A stretch of 64,000 bases of DNA from Candidatus Limnocylindrales bacterium (GTDB lineage: Bacteria; Chloroflexota; Limnocylindria; Limnocylindrales; CSP1-4): contig DASYTK010000013.1 in assembly GCA_036002405.1 (NCBI GenBank), forward strand, positions 3,459 to 67,458, written 5' to 3'. The first letter of the stretch is position 1. The number at the start of each line of letters is the position of its first letter. Positions 36,762 through 46,335 of the stretch are shown here, one piece after another. The position numbers were made by a program, and so were the translations under genes. The notes beneath the pieces are model-generated. The model was not told where the DNA came from. It made no database searches and saw only the letters and a program-made list of their open reading frames with translations.

Positions 36762-39595
36762 CCCTCGAAGAGCGGCAGCTGCTCGCCCTGGAGCTCGATG
36801 TCCGGATCGAGGCCGAGGTACGGCGCGAGTCGTTCCAGGTCGGAGCCCTCGCTTGCCACGAGGGTGCGCAGATGGTCCGCTTTCAGGAGGTGCCAGTTGT
36901 CCTCATCGAGGGCCTGACGAAAGATCGGGGAGCGCTCGAGCTTGAAGCGGACAAGCTCGGCTCGCTCGGGCGGGATGACGAGGAAGCGGACGATCCGGTC
37001 GTCGGTGGGGATGCGCCGGCCGCGGCGAAGGAGCGGCTCGCCGAGCATCGCGGTCCAATCGACCTCGAAGAGAAGGGTCGCCCGCCCGCGCATGTACCAG
37101 ATGCAATCGATCTGCTCGAGTGCCTCGGACGAGCCGCGCGAGACGAGCGGCAGGTAGGTCCGCTGCTCGAGCTCGGAGAGGAGAGAGCCCAACGCGACGC
37201 CGCGGTACTGGTGCTTCTGCTCGTGCTTGTTGATCCAGCAGCGCAGCCCGATCCGGTGCCCGAACTCCGTGAGCAGACCGATCAACTCCGTGTGTTCCTG
37301 GTAGCGCGCCTGGAGCCGGTCGTCGCTTCGGATCGCGTCGGGCGTCGAATCCGCGCTCCGGTAGCTCTCGAGGCAGGCTCGGACGAGCGGCTCGTCCGGG
37401 GTGTCGTGGCCGCGGAACATCCCCGCGATCCGCTCGAAGAAATCGGTCTCCGACAGGCCCGGCGAGGTGGACAGCAGGCTGAAGACCGCCCATTCGACCC
37501 GATCGCAGAGCGGCACCCCGGAAGCCGCGATGTCGTTCCGGTCGCGCAGCCACCAGCGGCCCGGCTCCACCTCGTCGAGCCGGGGGTGTGTCGGCCGCCG
37601 GAGCTCGTGGACGATGAGGTCGAGCAGGAGGCTCACCTGGTCCGTCCCAGCCCGGTCGTGGAGGGGGTCGGCCTCAACGGCCTCGCCCGTGCGCGCGGAG
37701 GTCGCCGGCTGCCGACCGAGCCCCTCCCCTTCCATCTCTGGCGCGCCAGCCGCGCCATCCACCCGCTCCCTCGTGGGCCCTGTCTCGGGCCCCGATTCTG
37801 TCGACGTCTCCGCCTCCGCCGCCGTGGCCTCGGCTTCCTCGAGGACGGAGCGCCGGGCGCGCTCGCGCACGGAGGCCGGGAGCTCACCGAACAGCCCCAC
37901 CGCCTCGGCCGCTCGTTCCGCGCGCGCGACGGTCTCGCTGAAGACGCGCGTCCCGACGAGACGCCGCAGGTGACCGACCCGATCGAGCCCCACGAGAACC
38001 TCCGCCAGGAGGCGTTCGAAGCGGGCGGGCTCCCCTCGCGCCTGCAGGACCGAGACGGCGATCTCCGTCACGGCCTCCTCGAGATCGTGGAGGCGGAACG
38101 TGCTCGTCTCCTGGGGCGGAGGCGCTCCCCGAGCGTGGGAACGGAGCCAGTCGCGGCCCGTCGTCTCCGGCGGCGCGAACTCGAGCGTGCCGCCGATCTC
38201 GTCGCCTGCTTCCGCCAGCAGCGCGCCGGTAAGGCGATAGCCGGCGCCAACGCCGCCGAGCGCACCGGCCACGAGCCCTTCGGGACCGCCCGGCTCGAGC
38301 ATGACGACCGCCCGCGCGTCCGGCGCGAGGGCCGGCGCGACCGCGGCGAGCGAACGCCGCAGGGCGGCCGCTTCCCACCCCCAATCGCTCCGCGGGGTCG
38401 GGCCGAAGAGTGCCTCGAGGGGCAGGCTCGCCGCCGCGTCGCGCCCGAGGACGAGCGCGCTCGCGAGGTAGGCGAAGCTGAGGTTCTCGGTCGACCAGCG
38501 GGGCGGCGGCTGGGTGAGAACGAGCCGCACCTTCGCCCGGGCCGTCTCCTCGGCCAGCGTCGTCGCGGCCGGCGGGAGCACCGGCTCATTCCCGCGCATC
38601 GCGGCGCTGCCTCGCTTCAGGACGACGTTGACCGAGCCGTCCATCAGCGCCCAGAGGTCCTCACCGAGACGGGCCTGGACGGTGACGCCGCCGGCTCCCT
38701 CGAGCGAGTGGAGGAACGCTCGGACCTTCTGGCAGCCCTCCAGGAAGAGATGCCAGGGGTTGTGCTCCCGCCACTGGCGATTGGCGGGAAGGTTGAAGCG
38801 GGCATTGCTGATGCGGAGCGGGGCAGGTCGCCCGGAGTGCGTGTTCAGCCGCGAGCCGGGCACGACGACGTGGAGGAGCGCAAGTCGAAGCGCGGCCTCG
38901 AGAGGGGCCGCGCGGAGGTCATCGCGCAGCCGCTCGAGGACCGCCTCGACGCAGATCAGGTTGCGCGGCGTATAGAGCTTGAGGAGCGCCTCGGGCAGCT
39001 CGTGCCGACCGTCGAGGACCGGGAAGCGCCCCAGGAGGTAAGCCAGCGTCGTCTCGGGCAGCTCGATCGAGCGGATCCGCTCGATGTCTCGCTCGTCGAC
39101 ATCGGCGGTTCGGAGCTCGGGTCCGCCGAGCTGTTCGCGGCAGGCTGGGCAGCGATAGAGCTTGCGCTCGGGTGCCTCGGCCTCGCCGTCCCAGATGAAC
39201 TCCTCCACGATGACCGCGCGTTCGCAGCCCGGGCAGGTCGAGGCATAGAGATCGTTCAGGGCCTGATGCAGGCTGACGTGACCGCGGGGCTGGAACGTGA
39301 GCGACTTCACCGCGGCGTCGAAATGGCGCAGGTCGGGCGGTCGGAGGACTACCTCGGCGAGCAGCCTCGTCAGGGCGCTGGACTCGAAGGCGTAGGCGCG
39401 CCGCAGCCGGTTCACTGCCGCGCGAGCGACCCAGCCGCCCCGGCCGTGGAGGTCGAGGACGATGTCGCCGGGCGCGGTGCGCGCGTCGAGCTCGGCCTCG
39501 ATGAGATTCGCGGGCGGAGGGGGCGCGAGCCGGGCGAGCGCGGGGAGGATCGGCGGCTGCTCCGGCCGGATCAGCGACGCGAGCGGGTCACCCAT
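36758..39595 (-). CDS. large conserved hypothetical protein (945 aa) with a MTase-like motif I, Cys4 zinc ribbon and C-terminal nuclease-like region
   Basis: Possible SAM-MTase-like motif I near the N-terminus (DIVLDLHGRGGWVARAAV). Zinc ribbon CPGCER...CPACRE. C-terminal block IDCIWYMRGRATLLFEVDWT. Translationally coupled to DUF885. Confidence 0.55.
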   Translation of the reverse strand: MGDPLASLIRPEQPPILPALARLAPPPPANLIEAELDARTAPGDIVLDLHGRGGWVARAAVNRLRRAYAFESSALTRLLAEVVLRPPDLRHFDAAVKSLTFQPRGHVSLHQALNDLYASTCPGCERAVIVEEFIWDGEAEAPERKLYRCPACREQLGGPELRTADVDERDIERIRSIELPETTLAYLLGRFPVLDGRHELPEALLKLYTPRNLICVEAVLERLRDDLRAAPLEAALRLALLHVVVPGSRLNTHSGRPAPLRISNARFNLPANRQWREHNPWHLFLEGCQKVRAFLHSLEGAGGVTVQARLGEDLWALMDGSVNVVLKRGSAAMRGNEPVLPPAATTLAEETARAKVRLVLTQPPPRWSTENLSFAYLASALVLGRDAAASLPLEALFGPTPRSDWGWEAAALRRSLAAVAPALAPDARAVVMLEPGGPEGLVAGALGGVGAGYRLTGALLAEAGDEIGGTLEFAPPETTGRDWLRSHARGAPPPQETSTFRLHDLEEAVTEIAVSVLQARGEPARFERLLAEVLVGLDRVGHLRRLVGTRVFSETVARAERAAEAVGLFGELPASVRERARRSVLEEAEATAAEAETSTESGPETGPTRERVDGAAGAPEMEGEGLGRQPATSARTGEAVEADPLHDRAGTDQVSLLLDLIVHELRRPTHPRLDEVEPGRWWLRDRNDIAASGVPLCDRVEWAVFSLLSTSPGLSETDFFERIAGMFRGHDTPDEPLVRACLESYRSADSTPDAIRSDDRLQARYQEHTELIGLLTEFGHRIGLRCWINKHEQKHQYRGVALGSLLSELEQRTYLPLVSRGSSEALEQIDCIWYMRGRATLLFEVDWTAMLGEPLLRRGRRIPTDDRIVRFLVIPPERAELVRFKLERSPIFRQALDEDNWHLLKADHLRTLVASEGSDLERLAPYLGLDPDIELQGEQLPLFEG

Positions 39596-39705
39596 GCGGC
39601 GGCGCGGCCCTCCTGCTCATCCCGGCCAGTCTACCCGCCGGCCCAAGCTCCGCCCGCGTCCGGCCGGCACGGATCCGGGCCGGGCCGGGCGTCGCCGAGC
39701 GAGGG

Positions 39706-40620
39706 TCAGCTCTCCTCTTCCTCGAGCTCCTCGGTGGCTTCCACGAACGGGGACTCGGGCGGCTCCTCGTCCTCCGCTACCTCCGTCGGGAGGATGCGCC
39801 CGATGTCCTCGATCCCCTCGTCCTCCTCGTCGAGCTCGAGCTCCTCCTCGAGCTCCATCTCCTCCCGCACCAGCGTGCCCTTCGTGTAGGGACGCAGGTC
39901 ACTCACCCGGGCTGCGGTCGGGAAGGAGACCTTCCCATAGTTCCGCGGGTCCTGGTAGATCTCCCGGATGATGATCCGGACGTCGCGATCGCCCAGGCTC
40001 GTGACCCCGGCGGCGTACTTGTTGCCATCAGCGATCAGCTTGAGCAGCCGCGCGGCGACGCGCGGCTCGACGGCCCCGATGACGTGGCCGTTCGAGCGAG
40101 CGACGAGTTTCGGCCCCTCGGGCATGAGCTCGACCGCATCGCCCGGGTTGACCTGGGCGAGCTCCTTGGGCCGGGCGAGGTCCCAGAGTCCGGCGAAGCC
40201 GGTCTTGCCGGTCTCCTCGATGAAGATCGCCACGGACGCCTTGCTGCCAGGGCTGGCAGGCACGGTCCGCTCGCCCGCCTCCGCCTGGAGAAGTCGGAGC
40301 CGGTCGATGTTCCGTTCGGCGATCCGATTCGTCGGATCGAGCTGGAGTGCGGCCTGATAGTGCTCGCGCGCCTCGGCGAGCTGGCCCATTTCCCAGAGCG
40401 CCTTCGCGAGCCGGTTCTCGACCTCGCCGTCGGCGGCCATCTCGAGGAGGCGACGATTGAGCTCGGCGGCCGTCTCCCAGTCGCCGGCCGTGGCGGCGTC
40501 GATCGCCTGTTCGGTCAGCTGCCGCTTGAGCCGGGTGGGGTTGATGGCCACAGGTGTCGGTTCGGTCAGATCGGGGAAGCTCATCGGTCCCTTCTGCGCG
40601 CGGGCGCGCGGGTCGACCAT
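39706..40620 (-). CDS. TPR-repeat protein with acidic C-terminal tail
   Basis: TPR-like helices (AKALWEMGQLAEAREHYQAALQLDPTN) and an EEELELDEEDE tail. Confidence 0.55.
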   Translation of the reverse strand: MVDPRARAQKGPMSFPDLTEPTPVAINPTRLKRQLTEQAIDAATAGDWETAAELNRRLLEMAADGEVENRLAKALWEMGQLAEAREHYQAALQLDPTNRIAERNIDRLRLLQAEAGERTVPASPGSKASVAIFIEETGKTGFAGLWDLARPKELAQVNPGDAVELMPEGPKLVARSNGHVIGAVEPRVAARLLKLIADGNKYAAGVTSLGDRDVRIIIREIYQDPRNYGKVSFPTAARVSDLRPYTKGTLVREEMELEEELELDEEDEGIEDIGRILPTEVAEDEEPPESPFVEATEELEEEES

Positions 40621-40727
40621 CGCGGGGGGTGGACAGTCGGGGGCTGCCCTCGCCCGGCCGCGCGGCTCGGTGGAAGCCGAAGGGTTGTACCAGAGGGCTT
40701 CGGGGGTGTCAAACGCGGGCGCGCCGA

Positions 40728-41525
40728 TCAGCGGAGCAGGAGGTTCCAGGCGACGGCGAGGATCGCCGCGCCGGCAAGGGCGAGGTACTCGGTCAGCCAG
40801 CCAGACGAGCGGCGCTCCGCGCCCGAGGCGGACCGGTAGGCGCTCCAGAGGTAGAACACCGCCGCGAGCAACGCCGGACCGAGCAGCCCCGGCAGCGAGA
40901 TCGCCCGCGCGAATCCGGCCGTGACTGCGATGACCACCGCGTACGTGCCGGCCGACCAGGTCGCCTGCCGGACCGAGGCCGAGCGGAAGGCGGCCAGCCG
41001 GTAGCCAAGGACGAAAGCGACGAGAGCATCGGCCGAGGCGAGGAGGGCAAGGGCGGCCCCGCGGCTGGGAAGCGCGGGAAGGACGGAGTGGCCGGATCCG
41101 CTATCGATCGCGCCAGCGATTGCCACGAACGAGAGGAAGGCGAGGAGGACGACCAGGGGCAGCGACTGCTGCTGGCGCCGTCCCTGGGCGATCTCCATCG
41201 ACAACAGCAGCCGGGCCTCCATGAAAAGGGACACCCCGACGAGGCCGCCGCCAAGGGCGAGCGAGAGGAGGCCGGCGAGCGTGGGCCCTCCGAGATGCGC
41301 GAGGCCGACCGTCGCGAAGGCGGCAACCGATGGCGCCGCGAGCGATTCGAGGGGGACGCCGCGCGGGTCGAGGTCGGCGAGGACGCTGAACGCACCGAAG
41401 GCCGTGGCGCCAACGACGAGCAGGGATCCGAGCCAGAACGCCGGTCCGCGCAGGAAGAGCGCGATCGCGGCGACCGCGACGACGAGCGTCACGAGGTTGA
41501 CCAGGCGTGCCCGCTCGGTGCGCAC
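40728..41525 (-). CDS. integral membrane protein (about 8 TM), unknown function
   Basis: Continuous hydrophobic segments with no motif. Confidence 0.5.
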   Translation of the reverse strand: MRTERARLVNLVTLVVAVAAIALFLRGPAFWLGSLLVVGATAFGAFSVLADLDPRGVPLESLAAPSVAAFATVGLAHLGGPTLAGLLSLALGGGLVGVSLFMEARLLLSMEIAQGRRQQQSLPLVVLLAFLSFVAIAGAIDSGSGHSVLPALPSRGAALALLASADALVAFVLGYRLAAFRSASVRQATWSAGTYAVVIAVTAGFARAISLPGLLGPALLAAVFYLWSAYRSASGAERRSSGWLTEYLALAGAAILAVAWNLLLR

Positions 41526-41562
41526 CGGTGGATTCTAGGCAGCCGGCCAGGCCAACCGTGCC

Positions 41563-43509
41563 CTACGCGACGCGGGCCGGCTTCTCCCCGACCCAGTCGA
41601 GGAAGGCATCGCGCGGGAGCGTGTTCGCGACGTCTGTCGCCGTGATCCACCCCCGCCGTGCGACGGCGACCCCCCAGCCGATGTTGTCGAACTCACGCAG
41701 GTAGTGAGCGTCCGAGTCGATCACCAGGCGGCAGCCCGCGTCTCGGGCCGCGCGGGCTCGTCGATCGTCGAGGTCGAGCCGCTCGTCCGAGCCGTTGATC
41801 TCGAGGAGCGTGCCCGTCCGGGCCGCCTCGGCATAGACGGCCTCCCAGTCGAGATCGAGATCGGCGCGGATCCCCAGTTTCCGCCCGGAAGGGTGGGCGA
41901 GGATGTCGACGTGAGGGCTGCGCAGGGCCGTGAGCGTGCGAGCCATGAGCTGCTCTCGGGGCTGGCGGCGGCCCACGTGCACACTGGCTACCACGACGTC
42001 GAACCCGGCCAGGAAGCGCTCGTCGAAGTCGAGGCGGCCGTCGGCACGAACTTCGAGCTCGCAGCCGTGGAGGAGCCGGAACCCGTCCGGATGTGCGCCG
42101 GGGGGGATTCGGCCCAGCGCCTCTTCGCGGGCGAAACTCTCGTTCAGCTCGCCCACGATCCGCCGCTGCTCCTCGAAGCGCTGGGGGTCCAGCCCGTTCG
42201 CGATCGAGAGGCTGATCGTGTGGTCGGTGAGGACCTGGTACGCGTACCCTCGCGCCCGACCGGTGCGCGCCATCCGCTCGATCGAAACGGCCCCGTCCGA
42301 CCAGTCGGAGTGGGTGTGGCAGTCGCCCACGATCTCTTCGAGCGCGATCAGGTCGGGCAGCCGGCCCGCCCGGGCGGCCTCGATCTCCCCGCGATCCTCC
42401 CGTAGCTCGGGTGGGATGAAGGGCAGGCCGAGGAAGGCGTAGACGCCCTCCTCCTCGGCGAACGTGCGGAGCTCGGACTCGTCGCCGGCGAGCGGCTGGC
42501 CGCTCGGTCCCAGGCGCTGGAAGCCGTGCTCGGAAAGGGTCCAGCCCAGGTCGCGGGCGATTTCGCGAAGCCGTACGTTGTGTGCCGCGGACCCGGTGAA
42601 ATGGACCAGGTAGGTCCCCGCCCTGTCCGGCGGCATGACCATCAGGTCGACCTGGGGGCCTCGGACGAGACGGACGGTGGCCTTATGGCCGCCGTGGGCG
42701 ACGACCCGAGCCACCGAGGGCAGGGCCGCGAAGCGCTCGAGCAGCCTTACCGGGTCGTCCGTCTCGGCGAGAAGGTCGAGATCGCCGATCGTCTCGCGGC
42801 GGCGACGGAAGGATCCCGCCGGAATGACCCCCCGAAGGCCGCGGGTGCCGATCAACGCGCGGATCGTGCGCTCGATCAGCTCGGCGGCCTGGCCGAGCCG
42901 GAGGCGCGCCGGTTTCCGCTCGAGCGCGTCGAGCCCGGCAAGGACCTTCTCCTCGGTGCGCGCGGTCATCCCACGGACGGTCCGGAGGCGACCGGCGCGC
43001 GCGGCCTCCTCGAGTTCGCGGAGAGTCGTCACCCCGAGCTGCTCGTGCACGAGCCGGACCGTCCGTGGTCCGATGCCGGGCACCGCCAGGAGGTCGACGA
43101 GCGTCGGAGGAAGCTCCTGCCGCAGGCGCTCGTAGAAGCGGAGACGGCCCGTGTCGGCCAGTTCGGCAAGCTTCTCGTCGATCGCCTTGCCCACGCCGGG
43201 CAGCCTGGGCGGCCGACCCTCGCGGTAGCCCAACGCGACGTCGACCGTCGCGTGGGCGATCGAGTCGGCGGCGCGCCGGTAGGCGAGCGCCTTGAAGGGC
43301 AGCTCGCCCTTCAACTCCATCATGTCGCCGATCTCGTAGAAGAGCCGGGCCAGCTCCCCGTTCGAGAGGAGCGGCACGTCATCGCCGCGTGACGCCCGAG
43401 GCCGCTCGTCGAAGGGCGGCTGCTCAGGGTCGGGTGTGGCGGGACGATCCTCGAGCGGTCCCTCGCGCTCGCGACCCGTGGCCGCCCCTGATTCGGTGGC
43501 TCGCGGCAT
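41563..43509 (-). CDS. polX: family-X DNA polymerase with C-terminal PHP phosphoesterase domain
   Basis: Pol-beta-like N-terminus (ELARLFYEIGDMMELKGE..FKALAYRRAA), GIGPRTV HhH motif and nucleotidyltransferase GSFRRRRETIGDLDLL. The PHP domain carries HTHSDWSDG and further His/Asp blocks. Confidence 0.8.
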   Translation of the reverse strand: MPRATESGAATGREREGPLEDRPATPDPEQPPFDERPRASRGDDVPLLSNGELARLFYEIGDMMELKGELPFKALAYRRAADSIAHATVDVALGYREGRPPRLPGVGKAIDEKLAELADTGRLRFYERLRQELPPTLVDLLAVPGIGPRTVRLVHEQLGVTTLRELEEAARAGRLRTVRGMTARTEEKVLAGLDALERKPARLRLGQAAELIERTIRALIGTRGLRGVIPAGSFRRRRETIGDLDLLAETDDPVRLLERFAALPSVARVVAHGGHKATVRLVRGPQVDLMVMPPDRAGTYLVHFTGSAAHNVRLREIARDLGWTLSEHGFQRLGPSGQPLAGDESELRTFAEEEGVYAFLGLPFIPPELREDRGEIEAARAGRLPDLIALEEIVGDCHTHSDWSDGAVSIERMARTGRARGYAYQVLTDHTISLSIANGLDPQRFEEQRRIVGELNESFAREEALGRIPPGAHPDGFRLLHGCELEVRADGRLDFDERFLAGFDVVVASVHVGRRQPREQLMARTLTALRSPHVDILAHPSGRKLGIRADLDLDWEAVYAEAARTGTLLEINGSDERLDLDDRRARAARDAGCRLVIDSDAHYLREFDNIGWGVAVARRGWITATDVANTLPRDAFLDWVGEKPARVA

Positions 43510-44961
43510 CTACGCGACGACGACGCGGTCCCGACCGGCCCGCTTGGCCGCGTAGAGTGCGCGGTCCGCGGCCGCGACGAGCTCGTTCAGTGGTGCCTCG
43601 GATCCCTCGGCGACGGCAACCCCGACCGAGACGCTGACCGGCTCCTCGATGCCCATCTCCCGGAGGGGGAGCGAGGCGACGGCCTGGCGTAGGCGCTCGG
43701 CGACGTCGAGGGCCTGCTCGGGGGTGGCGCGACGGAGGACGACGGCGAACTCCTCGCCCCCGTAGCGAGCGGGCAGGTCGTCCGCCCGGACGGTGGTCGC
43801 GATCGCCCCCGCAACGCGCCGCAGGACGAGATCGCCGGTCGCATGGCCGTACCGGTCGTTGAGGCCCTTGAAGTGGTCGATGTCGACCATGAGCGCACCG
43901 ATCGCGTCGCCCACGCGACGCCGCCGGCTGGAGAGGACGTCAGCGAGCTCGTCGAGATACCGACGGTTCGGGAGGCCCGTGAGCGCATCGATATTCGCCC
44001 GCACCTCGGCCGCTTCGTGGGCGTAGGCGCGGGCCAGGGCGGCTGAAGCCTCCTCGGCCGCCCACGCGAGCCGCAGGCGGGTGCCAGGCGACCACCGATC
44101 GCCGGTCCGGCGCGAGAGGACGAGCGCCCCGATGACCCTTTCCTGGGCGAGCAAGGGGGCGGCCAGGGTGTGCTTGAAGCCGTAGGCGCGCCGGACGACG
44201 GCCGCGATCCGCTCGGCGGTCGCGCTCGGATGCGCCTCCGGCCGGGATGCACCGTTCCGAGTCGGCCGGCTCGGGGCCGCCTCGCCAGTCGGCCGGCTCG
44301 GCGCCGCCTCGCCGATCGGCGGATCGATGAGCAGAGGCCTCGAGCGACCGATTCGCGCCGCCGAGGCAGCCGCGCTCATCCGTCGGTCGGGGACCCCGGC
44401 GGAGAGGCGCACGACGCTCGGATCCATGACCGGCACTGAGAATGCCGGGCCGTCCGACTCGTCTGTGGGGAGCCTGCCGCCTGGCGGGTCCGCGGCGAGC
44501 AGCGTCGTCGCGGCGGGGACCTGGCCGCTCCCCGAGACGAGCGTCGTCTCCAGGAGACGATCGTCCTGTCGCAGGCGAGCGACGACGACATGGTCGGCGC
44601 GCGAGGCGGTCCGCAGCTCCTCGACGAGTGCCTCGACGATGGAGCCGGACGAGACCGAGCGCGAGAGGCCGGCCAGGAACCGCTTCGAGCTCTCCTCGCT
44701 CTCTCGCCAGCGGGCGGCCGCCGTGGCGACGAGCCGGCGATAACCCAGCAACGCGAGGGCCAGGGCGACAAGGAGGGCGAGCGCGGCCATGTCGAGCGGG
44801 TCGAAGGCGCCCGCGACTGACCGCGCGAGGACCGCGATCGCCAGAAGCACGGACGCGCCGACGATGACCCGCCAGAGCGTCTCGACGCGCGCCTCTTCGT
44901 GGCGGAGATTCGCCCGGATCCAGCGGTCGGGTCGCGCCAGGCGGCGACGCCGATCGATCAC
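43510..44961 (-). CDS. membrane-anchored GAF-like - GGDEF diguanylate cyclase
   Basis: N-terminal TM segments and the A-site RYGGEEF with upstream conserved blocks. Contains an in-frame 27-bp tandem repeat. Confidence 0.8.
   Translation of the reverse strand: MIDRRRRLARPDRWIRANLRHEEARVETLWRVIVGASVLLAIAVLARSVAGAFDPLDMAALALLVALALALLGYRRLVATAAARWRESEESSKRFLAGLSRSVSSGSIVEALVEELRTASRADHVVVARLRQDDRLLETTLVSGSGQVPAATTLLAADPPGGRLPTDESDGPAFSVPVMDPSVVRLSAGVPDRRMSAAASAARIGRSRPLLIDPPIGEAAPSRPTGEAAPSRPTRNGASRPEAHPSATAERIAAVVRRAYGFKHTLAAPLLAQERVIGALVLSRRTGDRWSPGTRLRLAWAAEEASAALARAYAHEAAEVRANIDALTGLPNRRYLDELADVLSSRRRRVGDAIGALMVDIDHFKGLNDRYGHATGDLVLRRVAGAIATTVRADDLPARYGGEEFAVVLRRATPEQALDVAERLRQAVASLPLREMGIEEPVSVSVGVAVAEGSEAPLNELVAAADRALYAAKRAGRDRVVVA
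44258..44311. repeat. in-frame 27-bp tandem duplication (2 copies, 1 mismatch) inside the GGDEF gene
   Basis: agtcggccggctcgg(g/c)gccgcctcgcc x2, encoding the repeated peptide GEAAPSRPT in the inter-domain linker. Confidence 0.85.
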
Positions 44962-45048
44962 GGCGTCACGCCGCCACGGTGTTCACAGCGGCTGATTCTA
45001 CGGAGACGCCCCGTCAGGCGAGGCGGGCTGTCGCGGGCGGGTGCCCGG

Positions 45049-45839
45049 CTACGCCGGATCTTGGCGAGGCGGGCTGTTCCGTGCGGGCGCTCGGAGCCGC
45101 TTCGGCACCCCGGCGCCCCGACGCCGCCACGGAATCAACCGACCCGCCCGGGGGTCGCACCAGACCAGCCCCGGCAGTGTCGGTGGCTCCGCACCCGAGG
45201 TGAGGGCGCTCGCCCAGCCGGCGGATGAGCCCGGGAAGGCGGCGGCGAACACCTCGGGATATCGGGCGACCAGCGAGCGATTCCGTGCGATCGAGCGTAC
45301 GACCCAACATCCCGTGATGCGGTATCGGTTGCCCTGCCCGATCGCGACGGCCAGTGCCTCGGCTTCCGCAAGCTTCCGCACGAACGACCGTCGCGCGGCG
45401 CCGATATCGTCGATCGTGTTCCACGCCTCCACGACGAGAAGGAGCCGGCGGCGATCGTCGCGGAGGGCGACGTCGATCGAACGGCGCGGGTCGCTCGCGC
45501 GGGTGGGGAGCTCGAAGCTGCCGGCGAACCCGGCAGAACGCGCGAAGCGAAGGAGAACCTCCTGGATGGCCAGGTGGCCCGCGTCGACGGGGTCGCCGAC
45601 GACATCCCGCTCGAGCTGAAGCCGCAGCGGTCGGCCGACCGCGAGCGCAACGCGCTGGAGAGTCGCGATCGACAGCCTGTCGCCGAACCCGCGCTCGATC
45701 CGACTGACAGTCGTCTGGTGAAGGCCACATCGCTCACCGACAGCGGCCTGGCTGAGACGCCGTCGTCGTCTTGCGGCCCGGAGCTCGCCTCCGAGCCTCG
45801 CGAGCTGCGTCCGATTCTCACGCTCGGCCTTGTCGGACA
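45049..45839 (-). CDS. XRE-family helix-turn-helix transcriptional regulator with C-terminal uncharacterised domain
   Basis: HTH signature LSQAAVGERCGLHQTTVSRIERG. ATG at 45839 (MSDKAERENRT). Confidence 0.65.
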
Positions 45840-45908
45840 TCGGCGGTCGACGGCGCCGGCGCTTGCGCTCGAGCGTTGGCGACGCGGCCATCGATTGGGC
45901 CGGACCAG

Positions 45909-45972
45909 GTCGCGACACCTGGGGCGTCTCCGGCTGCGACACCGGAGCATGTCGCGACACCTGGGGCGTCTC
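45909..45972. promoter_or_regulatory. two identical 22-bp direct repeats (plus a third GCGACACC box), 70-130 bp upstream of the XRE regulator start: candidate operator
   Basis: gtcgcgacacctggggcgtctc occurs at 45909-45930 and 45951-45972. GCGACACC boxes are spaced about 21 bp apart. Confidence 0.4.
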
Positions 45973-46221
45973 AAGCTGCCTTCCTGTCGGATGCATGCGG
46001 ACGATGCTTGCAAGCGGGGCGTACCGGTGGATTGGCTGACGCGCTGCGAGCAACAGTCCCGGGCTTATCGGCGAGATCGCCCCTCCCTAAGCGCGCCTGG
46101 CATCGAGCCACGATAGGCGCGCCTGAGCGACGCGCTTGATCGTGTCCAGCCGGATCCCTAAGCATCCCCGGCTTGAGCGCGCTTGCTGGGGGGCGGAGGC
46201 GAGCCCGGGCGGGGGCGCGGC

Positions 46222-46335
46222 CGGCGAGGTGAGCCATCCCGCGCGGGTGCGCGGCAGCGCCGGATCTTGGCGAGGTGAGCTCGGCCGAGCGGGCCCGGCC
46301 GGCGAGGGCTGTCCCGCGCGGGTGCCCGACTCGGA
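46222..46335. repeat. GC-rich imperfect-palindrome repeat family (GGCGAGG...CCCGCGCGGGTGC units); a second cluster lies at 45022-45100
   Basis: The exact 18-mer cgccggatcttggcgagg occurs at 45057-45074 and 46258-46275. ggctgtc(c)cgcgcgggtgccc units are present at both loci, flanking the regulator gene. Confidence 0.6.

Noticed and set aside
36872-39889. 1005-aa plus-strand ORF overlapping the 945-aa minus-strand gene
   Set aside because: The translation is Arg/Gly/Glu-rich and ends in a poly-Ser tract. It has no start context or motifs, so it is a GC-frame artefact.
44994-46335. Mobile element (IS or MITE) carrying the XRE regulator, suggested by the flanking repeats
   Set aside because: There is no transposase, no terminal inverted repeats and no target-site duplication. 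It is kept only as a repeat family.
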